Source of the DNA: Azolla caroliniana
Taxonomy: Eukaryota > Plantae > Polypodiophyta
Reading direction: 5' to 3'
DNA length: 64,000 nt
Assembly: GCA_043228905.1 (NCBI GenBank)
Contig: JBHGNT010000013.1
Coordinates: 7,812,001 to 7,876,000 of the forward strand
Position 1 is the stretch's first letter. Each line of letters opens with the position of its first letter. Below, one piece after another: positions 56,620 to 64,000 of the stretch. A program made the position numbers and the translations under genes. A model generated the notes under the pieces. The model was not told where the DNA came from. It saw only the letters and a program-made list of their open reading frames with translations, and did not search any database.

Positions 56620-59600
56620 CATAGGAATGCACTTTCAAACCCCAAGTTAAGTACCATTTGGCTCCAACTGTACTTTTATAGTGTAAACATATATTTTCTT
56701 TCTCAAAATGGTACTTACCATATAAACAATGATATGTGTGCAAGCATGGTGTAATGATAGCATCCATGGCCTCAAACTTGAATCCAAGGACACAATATAC
56801 ACACCTTCAAATACGAGACACAACATACACTATATTAGCAACGATGATATTTTATACAATAGAAGGTCAACTTGTAAAAATATAAACCATTACCTTGATA
56901 CAGTAATTCTTGTAATGGTACTTTCATTGCAAGTGGGATGCTCAACTACTTCTGGCCATAGAAGATCTAAACCTTTATCTTTTAGACCCTTCATCAAACA
57001 TGTCAGGTTCTCAGAGTGACTTTTTAAGGCTCATAACTTATCATCAATTTCAGAACGAGATGACCTCCATGTCTCCAGATCTTTCTTCTATTTTCCCAGT
57101 TGAGTGCCCATATTTGTCAGCTCCTTCTTCAACTCCTCTTTCAACACATCGCTTTCAGAATGTTGGATTGTTTTTGTTATCCATTCGTATGTATTCGATA
57201 TAGATGTGAATTGTTTTTCTACCGCCATCTCACTAGATGAAACTTCTTCCAAATCGTTGTGCAACGCTTGCATTCTTGTTTGCATGGAATCTATGCAACG
57301 CAACAATCGTTGTTCATGCTTTTCTGTTAGTGTAGCTCTTTCTTTTGCAATCTGTTTAGTCAACACAGATGTCCTAGCTGGGATTTCAATGTGAGAGGTA
57401 CCCTCAGACTTCATAGTAGTGTTAGTACTTGAGGACCCTCTATAATGTGATGATCAATGATGAGCAAAATCTTCCCAATCAACTTCAATTCCACCATGGA
57501 GTTCACATGCAAATGCACATGCAAAAACAGCTCCTACCTCATTGTTTAGGATATGTTTTGTATCATAAACTTGTTAATATCGTGACTTCAGTTCAATGAT
57601 ATAATCCTTCTTCAATTGATTTAGCTCATAACAACCCTATTTTTGTTGTATTGTTTTCAAAGTCTGGCTTTTGACGTGTACCTGGGAGTGTGATAAATTT
57701 GTCTTCATGATCAGGTTTTGGACTCGTATCTCTGTCACCAAATATCATTTCATCATCAACTAGTAACACAAGTACATGGTATTAGACAATGGATTAGGTT
57801 GACAATGCTCCAGACAGGTGAGAACTTATATGACTCACCGTTGCATTCAACTTTGCCTTTCTTGCCGTTTCCATACAACATTCTTGCAGCATTTCTCTTC
57901 TTACTGGGCTCTATTTGTAAAGAAACTGCATTTCTCTTCTTAGTGGGCTCTATTTCTTGATGTTGACCGGAGCTTGGGGAATTTGTTTGTAGAAGCATAT
58001 GTTCCACTGCTCCAATGGCCCTTCTCATACATTCATCCTCATCATAAAAATCATAGGTTATTGGTAATGATGGTCCCTGAACCTTGGAATGTGCAGCAGA
58101 TATTGAGGGTTTAGGCATAGGGGCTGGTTGTTCCATTACCTTCCCTGGCGTGGAGTTGCTTGACACTACAACATTCATTGCAAGAAACAAAAAAACCTTG
58201 AATGTTAGTACCATCATCTAAAATATATAATGTAGGTCACAAGAGCTGCTTCCCATTTTACACAATGTACCAATCATGAACAATGTACTACTCACATAGT
58301 TCCTAAATTACTGAACTAGTACTAATAAGGAACACTGTACTGCTCACTTAGTTCCCAATTTACACGATTAGTACTAATCATGCACAATATACACAAGTAG
58401 TACTAATCATGCACAATATACTACTCACTTAGTTACCAAATTACACAAGTACTAATCCCGAAAAATGTACCACTGACTTAGTCAAATTAATAAGTAGTAC
58501 TAATCTTGAACAATGTACTACTCACTTATTTCCTAAATCACTAAACTAGTACTAATCCTGAACAATGTACTACTCACTTAGTTCCCAATTTACACAAGTA
58601 GTACTAATCATGCACAATATACTACTCACTTAGTTACCAAATTACACAAGGAGTACTAATCCCGAACAATGTAATGCTCACTTAGTTCCCAATTTACACA
58701 AGTAGTACTAATCATGCACAATATACTACTCACTTAGTTAGCAAATTACACAAGGAGTACTAATCCCGAACAATGTACTGCTCACTTAGTTCCCAATTTA
58801 CACAAGTAGTACTAATCATGCACAATATACTACTCACTTAGTTACCAAATTACACAAGGAGTACTAATCCCGAACAATGTAATGCTCACTTAGTTCCCAA
58901 TTTACACAAGTAGTACTAATCATGCACAATATACTACTCACTTAGTTACCAAATTACACAAGGAGTACTAATCCCGAACAATGTACCACTGACTTAGTCA
59001 AATTACACAATTAGTACTAATCCTGAACAATGTACTACTCAACAATGTACCACTGACTTAGTCAAATTACACAATTAGTACTAATCCTACAAAATGTACT
59101 ACTCACTTATTTTCTAGATTACTGATCTAGTATTGATAAGGTACAAAACTAGTACTAATAAGGAACAAAGTACTACTTAGTTCCCAAATTACAAAACTAG
59201 TATTAATCATGAGCAATGTACTAGTAACTTAGTTCACAAAGTACAGAACTAGTACTAATCATGAACCATGTAGTACTTACTAAGTACTAATCCAACAAAT
59301 GTAGATTGGTATTTTGCACACAAGTAATACTAAACATGATATGTGTTCTACACACCTAGTTACATAACTTGTACTAATTACACCAACAGTATTAATCTTG
59401 AACAGTATTAGTACTAAACGTGATATGTGTTTGACACACCTCATTTCCAAATTACAATAATTGTACTATTATTCAGCAATGTACTATACACCTTGTTCCC
59501 AAATTACATTACTAGTACTAATTCCCAAGTTACACAAACAATACTAACAGTCAACAGTGTACTATAAGTATAGTGTTTACTAAACTAATACTAGGCAAGT

Positions 59601-61186
59601 TGCAATATAGATTGGACGATGTTGTACCTGGTTCCCTTTTAGTACTACTAATTTTGGAAAATATCCTTTCAACTACACATACCAATTATATATTAAGAGT
59701 ACTGCCAATACTAACCCACATAATTAGGGTTCCACATAATAGTTGTTAGAGATTACACTAAATTTGAAGTATGAATTGTGGCATACATTAGTTCTAGTCC
59801 AAATGTTAATTGACATCATATAATACAAACAATAGAATAGTAGAGCCACATACCGTACGGGTATACTTTTAAACCCCAAGCATAGTACCACTCAGCCGCA
59901 ATTGTAGTTTTACAGTCCATACATGTATTCTCTTTCTCAAAATGATACTTAGCACATAGCACATGATATGTGTGCAAGCATGATGTAATCACAATATCCA
60001 TAGCCTCCAGCTTGAATCCGAGGCCACAAAATATACACCTGGAAGATTGCAAACACAAGTTATAATATATTAGCTGCTCACTTATTTATACCAGAGAAGT
60101 AGAAATAAATAACTTTTAAAGCCAATACCGTGATATAGCTATACTAATAATGGTACTTTCTATACCACTTGGGTGCTCAATTACAGATGGACACAAAGTA
60201 TCAAAACCATTTTGTTTTAAATCCTGCATCAAGCATGCAAGGTTCTCAGAATGCAACTTCAAGGCTGACAACTTATTATCTATTTCTTCATGTGCATTCC
60301 TGCAAGTATCAAGGTCTCTCATCTGTGAACCTAATTGAGTGCCCATATTGTTCAGCTCTTTCTTCAACTCCTCTTTCAACACCTCACTTTCTGAATTTTG
60401 GATTGTCGATGCAATCCATTCATATGTAGTTTTTATTGAAGAAAATTTCTTTTCTGCCTGTATCTCAGCTGATTTAACTACTTCCAAATCAGCAAGTAGT
60501 GTTTGTATTCTTGAGCTCATAGAAGCTATGCAACCGGCCATCATCTGTTCATGCTTTTCAGTCATTGTGGCCCGTACCTTTGCCTCTAGAACTTGGTGGA
60601 CAGGTGTTATAGCTAGAATATCCACATGAGAGGTTCTAGATGGCTTCAAGCTAGTGTTGGTACTGGAGGACCCTTTGTAATGTTCTGACCGGTGCCAATT
60701 AAAATCTTCCCAATTTACGTCAATGCCACCTTGAACTTCACATGCAAAAGCACGTGCAAAAACAGTACCCACCTCATTGTTAGTGATTTGATTTGTATCA
60801 TAAACATGTTCGTATCTTGTCTTCAATAAATTCATGTATTCCCTCTTCAAACCACTTATGTGGAATCCTTGCCTTGTGTCGGGATGTGCTGACCCCCAGG
60901 TTTTTAACAACCACTCTCTCAGCTCTGGATAAACGTCAGGTCGTGCTCGAAGGAAATAATTCCATCCAAGAGGTGTGTCTCGACTGATGGAGTGGTACAT
61001 CTTCTTTCTCTGTGTTGATGAATTCATCACCCTTTCTCTTGTGGGTGTCTTCTTGCTTTCTTCCATGGGTGTCCTTCTTCCTTCCTTCACTGGTGTCTTC
61101 ACTTTCTCTTTCATCAATGTCTTCTTTATGGGTGTCCTTCTCGTCATTGTCCTAGTCAACACAATTCTCAGGGAATGAATATGCAT
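56620..61186 (-). pseudogene. Multi-exon gene with two tandem [unknown domain + coiled coil + RING-H2] modules; first module open, second disabled
   Basis: GT-AG exons 61186-60129, 60038-59854, 59672-59628, 58165-57839, 57731-56894 and 56804-~56620 splice in frame; RING-H2 CIFC-x15-CLHTYHVLC-x10-CMDC; the second module has at least 4 stops and C-to-Y ligand losses. Confidence 0.75.
58250..59600. repeat. Intronic 52-bp minisatellite with a 104-bp A/B higher-order core (~58550-59020)
   Basis: AGTACTAAT recurs at 58600, 58652, 58704, 58756, 58808, 58860, 58912 and 58964, alternating CATGCACAATATAC and CCCGAACAATGTA variants. Confidence 0.9.
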
Positions 61187-61224
61187 GTACTAGAAGAAAA
61201 CTCAAGCAATTACCATCAACACAT

Positions 61225-61570
61225 AGCAAATCATCACATTGCATTTACAAACCATGTCAAACACACAATAACCCTAAATAGTCGGAAAAAAACTCATCCA
61301 TGTCAAACACACAGACAATAAAAACAGACGGATAGGAAAGTCAAAGAAAATGAAAACATTGTAAATCATCATAGCCAACTCCATCACATTGCATGTACAA
61401 GCCATGTCAAACACACAAAAACCCAAAATAGTCGGAAAAACACTCATCCATGTCAAACTCACACAAAATAAAACAGATGGACAGGAAATAAGAACAAAAC
61501 GAAAACATAGCAACTCATCATAGCCAACTCCATTTACGTTGCATGTACAAACATGTCTAACACACAACCA
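61225..61570. repeat. ~150-bp degenerate tandem repeat (about 2.3 copies) upstream of the RING gene CDS
   Basis: CATCACATTGCA...CATGTCAAACACACA...AATAGTCGGAAAAA at ~61232 and 61382, partial at ~61531. Confidence 0.75.
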
Positions 61571-62445
61571 CCTCGATCAAAATATTGTCATACATTTTTA
61601 AAAGAAACACAGAGAAACACAGAGAAAACAAAAACATACCAGTTGGGCATGCAACACATAGACTATGAATAATCAAACCCTAAAAATGGCCATACACATG
61701 CAAATAAAAAACAGACAGACAGGAAACATTCAGAAAAAGAAAACATACCAGTTGGGCATGCAACACAGAGAATACCTGGAGATTGTAGAACTTGCAGAGG
61801 TACCACACCGTGTTGATTTCGACAAACGAGGCTGCTGCAGAGGAGACAAACGAGCATAGACAGAGGAGACAAACGAGCATACACAAGGAAGGAAAATCAA
61901 CAACACATACAACGAGCAGGGGAAACAAAAATCTCTGCGTATACAGAGTTCAGAGATCGAACCTGGCACAGAGGGGAACACAAGAACAGCTACGCGGGGA
62001 AACAGAGAATCGAAGGTGGAGTGAGAGAGAGAAACAGAAAGAAAGAAAGAAATAGAGCTTCGAAGGTGGAGTGAGAGAGAGAAAGAGAGAGATAGACCTG
62101 TAATAGATATGTCGTCTTTCTTTAACTTTCTGCCACTGTCTGTCTGACAACTTCGAGGCAGAAGAGAGAGAGAGAGAGAGAGAGATACTGAGACTGACCA
62201 ACTGTCACAATGGATACCTTCTCTAGGTGTGCTTTCGTACAACTCTACCTAGGAGACTGGGGCAACAATTAATGTATTAAATATGGCCTAGGGACATTTC
62301 GAGTGTGACGTATAATATCTTTGTGCATTCGAGTGTGACATAATGAATTTTTTTTTTGTTTTTTGAAATTTATTTACAATTTTTAATGTTTATTTTCTTC
62401 TTCGATTTAGTACTAAATTTTTGGCCAAAAGTTGGTACACCGTAG

Positions 62446-63317
62446 CATGCTTCGACGCATCTCGGATGCTTCATTGAGGAAGAGGGGTGGATCATCGCGC
62501 AAGGGCACTGGGACAGGAGGATGTTCATCCTCAACTCCAACGACATAGGCACCACCTTGTTTGCAAAATGATAGCAAGTTGAGTTGGATATCAACTTGTG
62601 GCACAAGCGGATCGGCCACGTCAACTATCAGCGGCTTCAAGACCTGCAATTGAAACAACTTGTTTTCGGATTGCCAAAATTTAGTGGCCGGAACGCCCAA
62701 ATGTGTGAAGCCTGCAACCTTGGGAAGCAACATCGGCTTCCATTCCCCACCAAAAGAAACCGGAGCCGTAACAAGCTTGACTTGATAAACTCAGATGTAT
62801 GGGGACTGACACATAACGTTAGTCTTGGCAGGAGCCGATCTTTTGTCTCGTTCATCGACGACTACAATCGGCACATATGGATCTATCTCATCGAGAAGAA
62901 AAACGAAGTCTTCAACTGTTTTCGGAATTTGCAAAGTCTTGTCGAACAGGAAACAGAGAGAAAGATCAAGTGCCTGTGGTCGGATGGTGAAAAAGAATAC
63001 TTTTCTAGCCAATTCAGTAGTTATTTGCAGCAAAAAGGAATTTGGAGGGAATTTAGCTGCAGATACACACTTGAATAAAACAGTCTGGCCAAAAGAAAGA
63101 GAATAGCATGCCCACGTTCTACTAGGCCGAAGTGGTCCGGACGGCCGTCTATATCCAAAACCGGATCGGGGATAAGGTGTCATCACACGAGTTGTATTTC
63201 GGGTAGAAGCCGAATTTTAGGCACCTGAGGATATTCAGCAACATTGCCTATGTGCATGTGCTAGATGAGAAGCAGAGGCAGCTAGACCCAAAGTGGGAGA
63301 AGTGCATTCTAACGGGT
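62446..63317 (+). pseudogene. Ty1/copia GAG-pre-integrase/integrase fragment
   Basis: LWHKRIGHVN, CEAC, INSDVWG, FIDDY motifs with stops. Confidence 0.9.
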
Positions 63318-64000
63318 TGTTGAGCGAACAAGCTCAACCGGATCCGGATTGGCTAAATAAGCCAAAGCTGGATTGAAGAACCAGATCGGTGTCTGGATGG
63401 TATCCGGAACCAGGAGCCGGTTCGGGGAACCGGATCAGATTGTAACCGGTAGGCCGTTAGAGGCAACCGAATCTAGCCTAGTACGTAGGCATATTTCTAG
63501 GAGACAATGTCAATCGCTCATATGAGCAGTGAATTACATTTCATTACTTCTGTTAGTACTTCTGTCAGTCCTTTGAGGGGCTTGTATAAAAGGTGTTATG
63601 CAGGACATTCTATGTGCAAAACGTTATTATTTTGAATTGAGTTTCACTGTTCTGCTCTCTTTGTCTCTCCCGTGTATTTCTAAGGTTCCATTAAACCTAT
63701 CTCTATTCTGTTGTTGTTCGGTTAAGCTGTTTCTGTCTTAGCTTCTGCATATTCACTTTTACATGGCATCAGAGCACGAGGGTTGAGAACCTCCACAACT
63801 GACAAGTGTTTTGTGAAGACAAACCCTAACACCCGGTAAAGAACAGATAGAAGAAAAATATGGATAAAGGAATGGCTAGCTCGCTTCCGATGGTGAAGCT
63901 CAACAGATCCAACTATGAATCCTGGTCATACAAGATGCACCAATACCTGTTTGGGCACGGTTACTGGAGCTATGTTGATGGAGTTAATGATACGGCGCCT
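63318..64000 (+). mobile_element. 5' end of a Ty1/copia element: LTR 63318-63763, PBS 63764-63775, gag from 63860
   Basis: TGTTGAG...TTTTACA; PBS TGGCATCAGAGC; gag MDKGMASSLP...SYKMHQYLFGHGYWSYVDG. Confidence 0.92.

Noticed and set aside
57756-58217. Stand-alone secreted protein with a signal peptide (MMVLTFKVFLFLAM...)
   Set aside because: The hydrophobic start is the T-rich tract of an intron acceptor; 58165-57839 is an internal exon of the RING gene

Overview
Eukaryotic (plant) heterochromatin-like window made almost entirely of nested, mostly decayed LTR retrotransposons. It holds several Ty1/copia copies, several Ty3/gypsy copies including a chromovirus, and a solo LTR. A spliced coiled-coil/RING-H2 gene with an internal duplication sits at ~56.6-61.2 kb. 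A PPR-like fragment and the retroelement lineages suggest a non-seed land plant, possibly a fern (inference only). The most notable item is a 2.25-kb non-coding element (20362-22606) bounded by ~420-bp direct repeats, each carrying an identical minimal type I hammerhead ribozyme with a palindromic stem III. This fits a non-autonomous Penelope-like or retrozyme-like mobile RNA with a predicted 1824-nt self-cleaved monomer. It is inserted in a gag-only LTR element of a tRNA-Trp-primed gypsy family. That family makes 4-bp TSDs centred on CpG, carries a conserved antisense tRNA-like Pol III A/B-box cassette and twin hairpins in its LTRs, and its pol-bearing member has a G-GAU-UUU -1 frameshift site. 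Coordinates were counted by hand and may be off by a few bases where marked approximate.
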